A DNA stretch of 63,502 nt, the filler included, from Rhabdomonas costata (Eukaryota): assembly GCA_019059605.1 (NCBI GenBank). It is 37 parts of 37 records of this genome, joined end to end, with 100 filler letters (N's around TTAATTAATTAA, not from the genome) between each part and the next. Parts side by side here need not be neighbours in the genome. Positions count along the whole stretch, not along the records: positions 24,075 to 25,693 come from JAHMHO010011866.1; positions 25,794 to 27,412 come from JAHMHO010011867.1; positions 27,513 to 29,132 come from JAHMHO010011868.1; positions 29,233 to 30,850 come from JAHMHO010011869.1; positions 30,951 to 32,569 come from JAHMHO010011870.1; positions 32,670 to 34,288 come from JAHMHO010011871.1; positions 34,389 to 36,007 come from JAHMHO010011872.1; 30 more parts are not named here. One strand, 5' to 3'. This document shows positions 23,975 through 36,107 of this stretch, piece after piece (positions within the stretch are counted from its first letter, which is position 1; each line of letters begins with the position of its first letter). Made by a program: the position numbers and the translations under genes. The notes below the pieces were generated by a model. The model did no database searches and had not been told where the DNA came from. It saw nothing but the letters and a program-made list of their open reading frames with translations.

Positions 23975-25126
23975 NNNNNNNNNNNNNNNNNNNNNNNNNN
24001 NNNNNNNNNNNNNNNNNNTTAATTAATTAANNNNNNNNNNNNNNNNNNNNNNNNNNNNNNNNNNNNNNNNNNNNGTGTTGTGGTTTGCGTGGGTGAGAGG
24101 GGGCGGTAGGAACCGGACGCGTCTTGGGTACATTGCCCAGGTGCCACATTGATGCCCCAGCTGAGCTGAATGTGCCCAGCAGTAAAGGCGCAGCAAAGGC
24201 ATGATCTGCACCCCGAGAGGCGGACAAGAAGCGAGAAAATGTCGAATCCCTCTGGGGACCTTCTCAGCACACATGTCTCGCGTGCGCAGTGTGTGTCTTT
24301 GTGTGTGAAAATGTCTGTGTGTGGGTGGTGTGTGCTTGTGCGTGTGTGACACTTCCCTGCCTTCATTCAAAGTTTCTCCACCGAACGAAACTTCTGCCAT
24401 GAAAGCGCGCCGAGGCAACTTACTCTTACGTCCCCCACCTTCTGGCCCCCATTTTTCACAGGGGGAAGTCCTGGTTGTGGTGGGGCCAGAGCTGACTTAA
24501 GCCTAACACCTAATCGAGACCAGTGTTGTAGACCGTGATATGGATTCGAACCGACTTCGTTACCTGAAAGTAACCGAATGATTGTTTACCCTTTCCACCT
24601 ACACTCACCCACACTAGAAGTGTGTGACGGGGGGGGGCATTTTGTCTCGGTTTCACCTCTCCAGCAAACAACACAGCCGTTTGCTCGCTCAAAAAAAAGC
24701 ATCGGAATCACCATGAAAAAGTAGCCGAAACGTCGACTGTCGCTGACTTGAGCTCAATACATCAAAATAAATTGGTTTATGGGTTTGCTGATTCGGGCTC
24801 AACCTCTGAAGCGGAGGCGACGAAGTGAATCCAAGGATCAGTCCATTCACATTTTTTAGATCTTTCGCCGGTATTGCTCAGCTTCATAAGCAGCTTCTTC
24901 TGCAGCAGTATATACGGGTTCGGCTATTTCTTCTATGTTTGGTTAAACTTTCACCGTCGTGGAATCTTTGGGTCAACGATTCCGAAGAATCTTTACAAAC
25001 CCACAACCACATAAAATGCACCAGTCGCAGAAGCTGCCTTAAAGGGTTTGGTCTCACTTGCATCGTCGGTTTTCACTGATCCTGTCGCGAGTCTGTTTGT
25101 CACTGTTGGGAGCTAGCAGACAGCAG

Positions 25127-25381
25127 AGGGAACCAATCGAATGGCCGCTGTGTACCGACTGGTGGGCGGGCGTGCACCCAGAGGATGCCGTTGCGGAGGG
25201 GCGGGAGTTCCTCCCCGTGCCCATGACCTCGGGCACCTTTGCGATCAGTCCCAACAAGCACCACAAAGTGGTGCACGTGGGTTCGGACACTACTCTGCCT
25301 GGGTCTCTGGGGAAGACCCCTGTGGACGACCTGTACGTCCCCGCCTCCGTTGGGGCGCGGCCTATGCTGGAGAGGAAGTGA
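25127..25381 (+). CDS. Probable terminal exon of a hypothetical protein
   Basis: After CAG, the GC-rich frame REPIEWPLCTDWWAGVHPED...ARPMLERK*. No family recognised. Confidence 0.4.
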   Translation, partial: REPIEWPLCTDWWAGVHPEDAVAEGREFLPVPMTSGTFAISPNKHHKVVHVGSDTTLPGSLGKTPVDDLYVPASVGARPMLERK

Positions 25382-25525
25382 ACCGCACCACACGACCCCC
25401 CAAGTGGCCTTCCCCGAGCTTTTCCAGGCGCACTAATGCTCAAGCTGCACACACTCGCTTGTGAGTTGGGGGGATAGGTGGTTAGCTGTGTGTGCATTTT
25501 TGCAGGGTGAGGGGTGAGAGGAGGT

Positions 25526-25689
25526 TTTTGGAGCTACCGAAACGCTCTCTTGTCCCTAAGGTTCCTTATCCAGGACCGCTCTTTTTCTATGTAGCTACTT
25601 ACTGCTGTTCTCTCGTGAGGAGTTGGGAGGGAAGGAGAACTGTGACCGGGGGTCGTTGAGGAGAAGAGAGCGTTTCGGTAGCTCCAAAA
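25526..25689. repeat. 26-bp perfect inverted repeat at a contig end (MITE-like or fold-back artefact)
   Basis: TTTTGGAGCTACCGAAACGCTCTCTT at 25526-25551 is the reverse complement of 25664-25689. Confidence 0.85.
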
Positions 25690-25795
25690 CCCCNNNNNNN
25701 NNNNNNNNNNNNNNNNNNNNNNNNNNNNNNNNNNNNNTTAATTAATTAANNNNNNNNNNNNNNNNNNNNNNNNNNNNNNNNNNNNNNNNNNNNCG

Positions 25796-26737
25796 ATGGC
25801 GGGACTTGTGATGTCCCAGCAAAAAGAGAAAGCATCGGACTTCCTTGCCAGCGCACAGCGCGCTTTGGAGTTGTGTGTGGTGGTTTTTTTGAAACCTCTT
25901 CACAAGAGGATCCTTCCCTTGGAGGGGATTGTGGTTGGTGGCGGGGCGGCCTTTAACGTGTTCCTCAACACGTTCCTGACCAAGAAGTTTCGCAAGCCCG
26001 TATACGCGCCGTCATGCCCCAGCGATGCCAGCATCTCTGTGGGGGCTGCGTGGCTGGTGGAGCCCCCGAAGGTGAAGTGGCCCTCGGAAGGGGTGCTTTT
26101 CCTGAGCCCCCCGCTTCTGACGATGCGGGAGGTGCGGCAGGCCTCGTATGCGGCGAATGCGAGCCGTGCTCGTGCGGGTGTGGTTGCGGGCTTGCTTGCG
26201 CGTGGGGAGGTGGTTGGGGTTGTGATGGGGAGGCAGGCCATGGGTTCGAACGCTATGGGGCGGCGGACACTGTTTGGGCTTCCGACTGCGGCAGTGAGGG
26301 CGAAGATCAACCTACTTAGCCCTGAGTTTTCCACGGTGGTATGCACTGTGGAGGCCACGACGAAGCTTTTCCACACGGAGCAGCCTCTGTGGTCGCCAAC
26401 GGGTGCGCTGGCGGCACGTGCGGTGGGGAAGCTACGTGGTGGGCTGGAGACGTACAGCGATGGCACGGTTGCGATCCACACTGTGGAGCAGCGGAGCAAT
26501 CCGTGGCTGCACGCGGTGCTGCGGAGTCTTGGTCGGGAGCGTCGGGGGCTACTGGAGGTTCTGTCGCCGCATCTGCCTCCTTCGTTGCAAAGTGTGAACA
26601 TTCCTCGTGGGCTGGTGCGGGATCTGCACCTTACACTTCGGCTTCTATGCAATCCATTCAGCCCTGTAAGCCAGTTAGTTCTGGACAAGTACTTGTTCAG
26701 CAAACCATGCTGTCCGAAGCTGGCGAGCTCTTTTTGA
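25796..26737 (+). CDS. NodU/CmcH(TobZ)-family O-carbamoyltransferase-like protein, 5'-truncated, intronless, degenerate motifs
   Basis: ASAQRALE; GGGAAFNVFLN; VYAPSCPSDASISVGAAW; LARGEVVGVVMGRQAMGSNAMGRRTLFGLP; SDGTVAIHTV...NPWLHAVL. Order and spacing match the Kae1-like plus YrdC-like domains. Confidence 0.8.
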   Translation: MAGLVMSQQKEKASDFLASAQRALELCVVVFLKPLHKRILPLEGIVVGGGAAFNVFLNTFLTKKFRKPVYAPSCPSDASISVGAAWLVEPPKVKWPSEGVLFLSPPLLTMREVRQASYAANASRARAGVVAGLLARGEVVGVVMGRQAMGSNAMGRRTLFGLPTAAVRAKINLLSPEFSTVVCTVEATTKLFHTEQPLWSPTGALAARAVGKLRGGLETYSDGTVAIHTVEQRSNPWLHAVLRSLGRERRGLLEVLSPHLPPSLQSVNIPRGLVRDLHLTLRLLCNPFSPVSQLVLDKYLFSKPCCPKLASSF

Positions 26738-27705
26738 CGCCTTTTTTTTTGTCACAGATCTTTAGATGAACTTGACTATTTGATGTGGCGTTTTCGAAGC
26801 ATTTTTTGTTGAGGTTGCGCTGTTTCTGGTTGCCTTTGCTGTTTTTCCTGAGTGGCATGAAGCTGGATAAGTTCTGGAGTGGATGTGAAACCGTAAAAGA
26901 TAGCAGACGATTGCCATAGAAAACCCCCCACTGGCAGATAACCACCTTGTGCAGGAAAACCTATTGAAATAATGAGAGCGATAGGGCAGCATGTGCGAGC
27001 AGAGGAAGCAAGCCCCGGATGGAACGATGCATTTATTGGGGAGGGGGAGGGGTACAGTGGTTTGACAACTTTAAACGGTTGTGTGCGAAGGGTGCATAGA
27101 ACCGGAGACAAGCCTTATTGGTTGACCTTTGCCCACACTCGGAAAACATACTATATGTACTATATGTCACCACGATTCACAATCTGTGGATTTGTCGTGT
27201 TGCATAATTCTGGTTGCTACCTATCTGGTTGCTTTTTTCCCCAAATGCATCTGATTTTCCTGAGCACTGCGCCAGAGGAAGGTGCGGCCAAACGAGCTGG
27301 TCGTGCCTGGTCGCACATTGCATTCGGGCAAACACTGGCGTCTATGGACACACCATAGGATGGCAATCTTTGCTGTGATGTCAGCCTATCCTTTCTTGAT
27401 GCGACGATTTGCNNNNNNNNNNNNNNNNNNNNNNNNNNNNNNNNNNNNNNNNNNNNTTAATTAATTAANNNNNNNNNNNNNNNNNNNNNNNNNNNNNNNN
27501 NNNNNNNNNNNNTGTTGGTTGTCAGCAGGACCAGCCGTAGGAAGCGGTGCCGTGCGGTATGGGTGGCAGGTCGGGGGACCCCTTGCCTGGGCTTTTCGGT
27601 TGTGCAGGTGAGCCATGGGCCGCATTGTTCCCGCACAGAATGAGATCAGATACTGATGTGTGGTCCAAGCTCTCAAGAGTCTCTTATTCTTGCGTGTGGT
27701 GGTAG

Positions 27706-28503
27706 GCTGCGAGTGCGGATGGGCATGCACACGGGGGAGGCGGACGTGGAGTTCTGTGCGGAGACCCTCAAGGCGGACTACTTTGGGCAGACGGTGTGCG
27801 TGCGCGTGTGGGCGCGCAGCAGGTCCTCATCCCAATCAGTCCCCACTTCCGGAACTCAGCTTCAGCGGAGGTCGGAGCTGAGGATGGTGTGAAAGTCAGG
27901 GCTGGACTGGGGGTTTCGAACATTACCCGCCACGTGAGAATGGGTAAACAGTCTATTCCCAAGGCGGGAGACCTCGAGGCCCTCAACTTCCAGCAGCTAA
28001 CTTCCGGCTGAGTTCCAAACATGCGCTCTCCTCCTCCTCCTCCTCCCCTCCCAGCTTTTGCTGTGGTCCCCCTGACCTTACTCAACCAACTGGCTTGAAG
28101 CGGTTCGAATTGGATCCTTCCTCGCTCCAGCCCCCCTTCTCTCATATGTACCCCATTCAGTATTCTGGGTTGGAATTCATCTGCCCCACGACACTAAGAC
28201 ATGTGTCCCACGTCTGAAAAGTATTCCTGCGCACTCATTTTCATTTAATCCTTTCTTTCACACACACACACCATCACCCCGCTGCGTAACCCCCCGCCAA
28301 AACAAGGTGAACTGCGCGGCCCGAGTCTCAGCGCTGGCCAACGGGGGGCAGATCCTTCTTGGGCTGGACACCGTCGAGTCGCTTTCCGGTCTCAGTCCTC
28401 GTGAACTCTCGTTTGAGTTGCAGCCCTTGGGGTCGTTCAAGCTCAAGGGCATTTCTCGCGAGAAGGAGATCTACCACCTCATTCCATTTGAGCTCCGGGA
28501 TCG
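27706..28503 (+). CDS. Class III adenylate/guanylate cyclase catalytic fragment (exons 27706-27793, 28307-28503)
   Basis: GLRVRMGMHTGE...ADYFGQT|VNCAARVSALANGGQILL...LGSFKLKGI...IYHLIP. Confidence 0.93.
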
Positions 28504-29232
28504 GTATGTGTCACGTTGTCCTTCATCTTTTGGCGGAAGGGCCCGCTAACTGGCTGCTCTTCTGCGTGGGTTTGATGGCGGCTGCAACGTCGGCTGGAGA
28601 GTCGGTGGGTGGGGGGGCGGTGGCCCACTCAAACTTTTCCGTCTTGCGGATGGGTTAATGAAATCATTGTGTGTGTGTGAGTGTGTGTTAACAGCTTTTT
28701 TCTGGCGCCAGTCCGGGGGTTTGAGAACACCACAGCGTGAAATACGCACCCGATTGCTCACCGAAATTTTCCGCGGTTAATCCGGCTTTCCGAGGCGCAC
28801 ACGGACCGTGCATACGTTAACTACCCTGCAATTTGCTTCCTCGCCCCCGCATCATGCCTACTTTGCCACACCAGAGTTATTTTTGGGAAGGGAATGTTGC
28901 TGCGCTGTCTGTACACAACCTCCGCCTGACAGGTTGAGGGAAAGCTGGTACCCTTGGGTGCACGTAAGTGAGTCGGTGTTCGGTTTTGTGTGGTTGGTTC
29001 GCAACCTTTCTTTCTGTTTGTCTCCCCGAGAAGCAACGAAAAGGAACGGCGAATGAAGGGGTCACCTCTCTTCTTCTTGTTCTTCTTTGCGTTTTCGTTG
29101 CGTTTCTTCCGGATGCCGTTCATGGCGGTGATNNNNNNNNNNNNNNNNNNNNNNNNNNNNNNNNNNNNNNNNNNNNTTAATTAATTAANNNNNNNNNNNN
29201 NNNNNNNNNNNNNNNNNNNNNNNNNNNNNNNN

Positions 29233-30207
29233 GTGGTGGGTGTGTTTGGTGTGGGGGGGTGGAAGAGGAAGAGGAAGAGGAAGAGCTGGAGGAGGAGGAG
29301 CATCCTTGCAGCCCGATCCCAGGGCCAGGGCAGTCGCTGCAGTGCAGCGCCACCACGGAGACCGCAAAGTGACGCCGGCAAAGAGGGCACTCTACCTGTG
29401 GAAAGGAAAATAGGAGAGGGTTGGGTCGTTCAATACGGCGACAGGTGTGCTGCTAATACTGGCACCCGAATACTGAGAACCTGGTAATTAATGAGACCAG
29501 GAAAAGTTTTGGCGTATGCTCATCGGCGAAGGCAGGATACTAGCCAAATGAGCAAGCGAAAGGATTACTTTGGTATTTTTCATATTTCGGGGTTAAATTC
29601 TCCATCCTAACTTAACAATAAAGATGGCTGCTCGCGAATCATCGAGTTCCTTTACCTCTATTCGCTGGCCGATAACGGGCTTCGCATCGCACATTGCATA
29701 TCAAAGAGTGCAAGTCACCGTCAGCACACCGCAGAAGCAGAGTGCAGGAGGCAGGAGGAGCCAAGCCAAGTGCAGGCGCCCATTCCCTCCGCACGCTGAG
29801 CGAGGGAGAAAGAGAGGGAGAGAAACCTCCTCCTCCACGTCCACTTCTGTTGGCAGTGGGACAGAGGAGGACGCGCCGCATGGAGAGGACTGGCTGCATG
29901 CACTACTTCCTGGCACCTCCTGCGTAGGAAGGAGGGAGCTGGCAGGAACTACAACGCGGGCATCCACCACCACCAAGGAGTTGTCATCATCATCATCATC
30001 ATCATCATCATCTCCCAAATCTAGGCCAGCCAGGATCGTGGTGTTGGCACCACAAGTCGCACGGTCGCTGCAACGGTCGGAGATTGCAGGCCTCTGCCGG
30101 GTTTGCGGTGGCGGCTTCTGGACAGCGCGCCGCGCCTGCCCGTACTCGCCGCCGCTGTCGTCATCGGAAGAGGAGCAGTGAAGGTCGCTGTCTTGGTCCT
30201 CCTCCAT
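29233..30207 (-). CDS. Protein with an acidic/Ser-rich N-terminus and a UBZ-type zinc finger (exons 30207-29827, 29395-29233, 3'-truncated)
   Basis: MEEDQDSD...poly-D...EEE|VECPLCRRHFAVSVVALHCSDC (CxxC-x11-HxxxC) across a phase-0 GT-AG intron. Confidence 0.6.
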
Positions 30208-30978
30208 CCCAGGGATAGCGATGGAGTGCAGGAGCCGAGCAGAGGACAGGAGTTCCTTGAGCATCAAGAACACTCGCAGAACGATGGGCCGGGGCTCCGG
30301 CACGCAAGGGAAGGAAAGGAAATCAAAGAAAGCAATGCTTGGGGGCTGCTTTGGAAGAAGAAAGGGGCTTTCTTTTCTTTCTTTCTTTCTTTTTACGGAG
30401 TTTCGGATTGTGCGTTCCCCTGGGTCGTGAACGAGCACCCCAACAACAACAGGCGTGCGGTCTAGCTGCGGAACATTTGAGGGAAAGCACCCCGCCCCGA
30501 AACGGAGCTCAGATGCACACCCAGTAGAGGACTATTCCTTTCACTGTTTGGCGCCTGCCGTGAAAAACGGTCCACCGCGAGCGAAGAAATAAAGCGAGCA
30601 GTACGGTCTACTAAGCGAATGACTAGCAAGCGGTAAGAACTGGAGCAACCCCGAACTCCGAACTCGAACTCAAAAGTTGCATCCAGCTCCCATTATACAT
30701 TATTCAACATCATACAGTACTCCTGAAGCTCAAACCATGGGAACCCCAAGAGAAAGGTAGTGGGCATGTGCAAATCCAACGCCTCTTGACACAGAAAAGC
30801 TGCAGAATCATCAAATGTTTTCCAGCAATGGCCGGTATACACAACACAAANNNNNNNNNNNNNNNNNNNNNNNNNNNNNNNNNNNNNNNNNNNNTTAATT
30901 AATTAANNNNNNNNNNNNNNNNNNNNNNNNNNNNNNNNNNNNNNNNNNNNAACCCCGGTGATTGTTTTTTCTGAACAG

Positions 30979-32545
30979 GTCTTCAACAAGGCGACGGAGC
31001 TTCAGAAGAAGTTTGGGGACAGCTATGTGGCGCTGGACACGTGCCTGCTTGCGCTGTTTGAGGACCGGGAGGTGTCCTCGGTGTTCAGCGGGAACGGACT
31101 GACGCGGCAGAAGTGCGAGGAGGCCATCACGGCGATCCGAGGAAACCGCAAGGTTGTTCATGATATCTCTTTTTTTTTTTTTCAAAACCTGCTCTAGCCT
31201 CTTTCTAAACAGAAATGGAAGGCTAGAAAGGAGCGGTAAGCAGTGTAGCTTCCCTTCTATTTGAAGCACAATTTGCATCGGCTTCTGCTTTCTGATGTGA
31301 CGACAGGGAGTGGGGACTGTATTTCGAGAACCGGTAGAATTGGGTACTGGTTGATAAAACTGGGAATGAATGTACTTGGGGGGGGGGTATTATGATTCGC
31401 AAGAGATTAATGCTGGCACCCTGGAAACTTAGTGCGCTCATGTCTGCGTGGGTGTGGGTGTCTTTGTTTTGCCTGATGCAGTTTGCTCTGCGCACCCCGT
31501 GCAACCTCGTGAACCGTTAAAAGGTGGAGAACGTGCGAGTTCGCCCGTTTTTCTTTTTCCTGCGGAGTGCATTGTGCCATACGTGAAAGGTGTCGTTTCC
31601 TTTCCAGGTGGAGACCAAGAACGCAGAGGCCACCTTTGAGGCACTGCGGAAGTATGCCATCAACCTGGTAGAGCTTGCGGAGTCTGGGAAGCTGGACCCT
31701 GTGATCGGCCGTGACGAGGAGATCCGCCGTGGTCATGCTTCCCTGCCTCACCTTTCCTCTCTCTTCCATTCTGCAATTGTCTTGCAGACATGCAGACATG
31801 CGAACGACGTTGTCGATGTTGGCGGACGCTGAACCAAAATTGGTCTGCTTGATTCAACTTTTACTGCGGGAGAGTTACTCAAAGTAACGAAGGGAAGAAA
31901 CTCTTATCTTAGATGCGCGCAGTTAAGGAATTTACTGTCTAGCATTTTGTTTAGTTTTTCACCATCGTCTTCTTGACCTCACTATTTCCAGGGAAGGGGG
32001 GGAAACAGACCAAGGCCACGTGAAACCAAAACAAACACGGGAGAGGAGAAGTACTTATGCACTTTTTACATCAACTTTATATATACATTTTCCTTTTGAA
32101 TGGGCTACTGCAGCGAAAGCCTTTACTTTCTCAGCTATTTACAATTCTGCCTACTTCAAGGGTAAAATTTTACACCCAAGAAAGGAGGGTACCTGCTGTG
32201 TTCCCGCACTCTGCTCTGCCAGCTCTTGAGAAACCACAACCACCAAAACCCAAACAGTGATCCGGGTGCTTTCGCGGCGCACCAAGAACAACCCTGTGCT
32301 GATCGGGGACCCCGGGGTGGGCAAGACGGCGATTGTGGAGGGCCTGGCGCAGCGCATTGTGCAGCAGGACGTGCCGCAGAGCCTGCGGGCGCAACTGTGG
32401 AGCCTGGACATGGGCGCGCTGATTGCCGGTGCGTCGTACCGCGGGGAGTTCGAGGAGAGGCTGAAGGCCGTTCTGAAGGAGATTCAGGAGGCCGCGGGGG
32501 GTGTGATCCTGTTCATTGACGAGATCCACCTTGTCCTGGGCGCAG
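30979..32545 (+). CDS. clpB: ClpB/Hsp101/Hsp104 disaggregase, N-domain to NBD1 (exons 30979-31152, 31608-31731, 32258-32545)
   Basis: [49 protein letters not shown]...GEFEERLK...ILFIDEIH (Walker A and B). Confidence 0.97.
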
Positions 32546-33166
32546 GTGCACACGTCTCACCCCCCCACANNNNNNNNNNNNNNNNNNNNNNNNNNNNNNN
32601 NNNNNNNNNNNNNTTAATTAATTAANNNNNNNNNNNNNNNNNNNNNNNNNNNNNNNNNNNNNNNNNNNNCACAGACGTAGGAAGCTGAAATTCCTAACCT
32701 CTAGCCCGTTAAGTTTACTTTTGGAAGGGGGAAGGGCCAACACATACAAAACGGCAAGATTTATCGATTTGTGAGTTTTGTGGAGAGTCCTGATCCGTCC
32801 GGCACGCCAGATGCGAGGTGTTAGGCCGCTGGATCGTGAAACGAATCGTGGCTTGCTGCTTACCCGCCTTCCCCGTCCCTATCCTCTAGGGTCGCACAGC
32901 CAAGTTCCAATCCGTAGTTGTGAGATGCACCACACTCCGCACTTGCACTCTCTCTGCGCCAATATTTTGGTATCCTTCAGCGTTCACCGCTAATTGACAA
33001 CGTTACCATGAACAGGAGCTGCGTGGGGTATTGTGAGAGCATTCAGCGTGCACCAGCCCTCTCCCGAAGCCCGCAAGCAAAAAGGAAAGGATGGAAAGAC
33101 AGGGTCACCCTCCTCAGCATTGGAGGAGGGAAGGGGCGCACAGGACTCCAATAAAAACCAGCATAC

Positions 33167-34271
33167 CCCGGAAGAGGTGTTCCAAAACCTCAGCGTGCGG
33201 TCCTGGGTGCCTCCACCTGAGGCCAGGAGGTTGGACTGGTGCGGCGACCACCCCAGGGCCTTCACTGCGGCGGTGTGCGAGCGCAGGGCCAGCCTCGGGC
33301 GCTCCCACCGTTGGGCGTCCCAAACGTGGAGGAGGTTGTCGTTGCCTCCGCTGGCGAGCTGGACCCCGTCAGGTGCCCACCGCAGCCCACAAACCTGCGG
33401 AGAGGGGGTGGCACGATGCAATGCATTTGAAGGAAACTTGCAAAAGATGCTTCGCTGCAGTTCTCGACATGCTCAGAAAACTCCATCATAAAAAACTAAG
33501 CGGGGCAATTCCAAGAATTTGAACACTTGGGTTACATTTGCAAGCAGATTAAGCCAACAACTCTTTTTCTCAAGAAAGCACATAGCAAGCGGACAGAGAG
33601 AGTATGGCAGTAAGTACGCATATATAGTAAAAACGGTGATTCTTTTTCGGGTTGAAGCAGAGCTGTGTAAATTCGGTGGTTCGCCAACGACCTTGCATCC
33701 TCAATTGTAGTGAGCTGTGTGGGTTTGGTTGGAAGTCTTGAATGGTGTGCCTGGAAGGTCCCCCAAACATCACAGAATGCGGCATCGTACAATCATTGCT
33801 CCGTTTCCGTCCCAGCGGCAGCGGATACCTCCGGGTTGTGGGCAGTCAGGACGTGGGCAGCGCTGTTGGCCATCCGGGTATCGTGGATCATCACGGTGCT
33901 GTCCCGCGAGCCCGAGGCGAGCACAACGCCGTTCCAAGACAAGGATCTGAAAACAAAGGAGTTGGAGTCCACAAAACCCATCAGCAGCATCCCCCTCGCA
34001 GAGCATGTCGGTCGGCAAGCGAACGCATCAGACAGATAAAAAGCGCGCAGCACGGCCCCACATCCCATAGCAACGCGTCGAAACGGCACTCTGCTTCACT
34101 CCAACAAAAGAATGAAAGAAAACAGAAACAAAACCAACACACAAACAACAGCCCGACAAAGAGGAGCGGGGATAGAGGCTGAGAGCTAGAAGGTCGTACC
34201 CAACGCGGCCGGCGTGGTTCTTCAGCGAGCGGACGCGCTTCACCGCGGTGGCATCCCAAAGCTGCACCTCG
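33167..34271 (-). CDS. CDC20: CDC20/Fizzy-family APC/C activator, WD40 fragment (exons 34271-34200, 33946-33829, 33394-33167)
   Basis: EVQLWDA...HAGRVGSLSWN...SGSRD...HNPEVCGLRWAPDGVQLASGGNDN...HTAAVKALGWSPHQSNLLASGGGTQDRTLRFWNT. CDC20 versus FZR1 is not fully resolved. Confidence 0.9.
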
Positions 34272-36107
34272 CTGAAGAACCACCCCCCNNNNNNNNNNNN
34301 NNNNNNNNNNNNNNNNNNNNNNNNNNNNNNNNTTAATTAATTAANNNNNNNNNNNNNNNNNNNNNNNNNNNNNNNNNNNNNNNNNNNNTTTTTGTGGTCT
34401 TTCCTGGGTGGTTCCCCCGGAAGGTATTTTCAAGGTGAACATTGTGAACAGCAATTCTCGCGGACAAGCAAGTTGCGAAAAGGAACAGCCTGTTGGACCA
34501 GGGCGTTATTTCTCAAAATGGGGGTATGTTGGGTCGCTGGCGCGCAGTCATCTGCGGCGACCAGACGCAATGGAATAAGACCAGAAGGTGTGATGCGTTT
34601 CAGAAGGACCTTGGAATTGTTCATCCGGGAATTGCATATTCCATAAATCAAGCATGATCAAACCATGGACAACATTTTCCAGCACGAACAAACAAGGCAC
34701 AGGACAGCGCAGGACGGCACAGGACTCCGATTTCCGCCTTTACGTTTTTCCTGAAACCTTCGGTCTTCCTGCTCCAAGTGCGAGGATTTAGAGTTTTCCA
34801 AGAAACATGCTGCACAGGTGGACGCGACCCTTATGGGGGCTTGGCGATCGTTTGCAAACAAATCAAGGTTTGAGGATGCGTCTCCACTGACCAGCAATTC
34901 TATTAAAGGAGCACCGCAATGCCTGAAAAGGTGCATTGCGGACTTTCGGCGAGGCACTGCAATAACCCGGACTCTTGGCTCTGGGAACAAGTGTACTGAC
35001 CGCCAACCTATCGGTCCCCAGAGACTCAATAGCCTCCTAATGGGCTGAAGGATGCTGGAATGCCTGAATAGACTCTAGTTCTTCAACTCCAAGCAAACAG
35101 CAATTAACAGATGAGAAGGTCATCCTCGCGCTCGGGTACCTTTGTGGAGAGTTGCAAATTATCGGAGAGATTTTTGTGTTTCACTGAAGCACTGAAACGG
35201 GTTCGGTGGCAATGTCGCATTTAAATTCCTACAGTATTTTGGAGGCCAGTGGCTACGCGGATTCCACGCTGGACGCTTATTTAGGGAAAAATATTTGAAA
35301 GAGCTTACCGGGGGGCAAAACGCTTGGTGTATGCAGGTACTGTGGTACCGTATCAGCTGAATGATCATTGGCCTTACCACTGGCGAACGTGGGGACGCTC
35401 GACCTTCGAATCCACTCCACCCTTCTGCAACCCAACCCAACCCAACCAATCCCGAATTTAAAATTAATTCGTCACGACGGAAAACCTGGGAAGCCTCAGC
35501 CGAGCGGAGAACCTCAGGGCTTCCACCACAGTGGCCAGAGGGCTGTGGATGTCCATTTGCTCACAGTACCTGCGTCACAGCAGGCAGAGACATGGATATC
35601 CAAAAGAAGACACCAAAACCCCTTTTTTTTGCAATGCGTTGGCAATACCTCTGGTAGTAGACAGCTGGACGGAGCAGGTCCTCTGGCAGGTCCACAACCT
35701 CCATGATATCAAAGCCAGGAAACGCTCTCCGGCGAGTACAATTTTCGCAGTAACGGCTCAAACATGGCTCTCACAGCACGGTAGAGACTTCAAAACCAAC
35801 ACCGAGTTAGAATGGTCCCAGACTCATATTCGTAAGATACTAACGCATACACGTTACACCGTAACTCAGAACATGTGCTTTTCGCCTCTGTAACATAAAA
35901 ACGTTTAAAACATATCGTGTGCATCCATACCAGCCTACATACTAAATTCTGAGTTTCGGGATGTAACGTATCGTATATCCAGTAAGTACCGCATCCCCAC
36001 GTACAAANNNNNNNNNNNNNNNNNNNNNNNNNNNNNNNNNNNNNNNNNNNNTTAATTAATTAANNNNNNNNNNNNNNNNNNNNNNNNNNNNNNNNNNNNN
36101 NNNNNNN

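Noticed and set aside
25900..26703. Long antisense and overlapping ORFs (also 3668-4156, 7481-7945, 52333-53181)
   Set aside because: Shadows of GC-rich coding sequence on the other strand.
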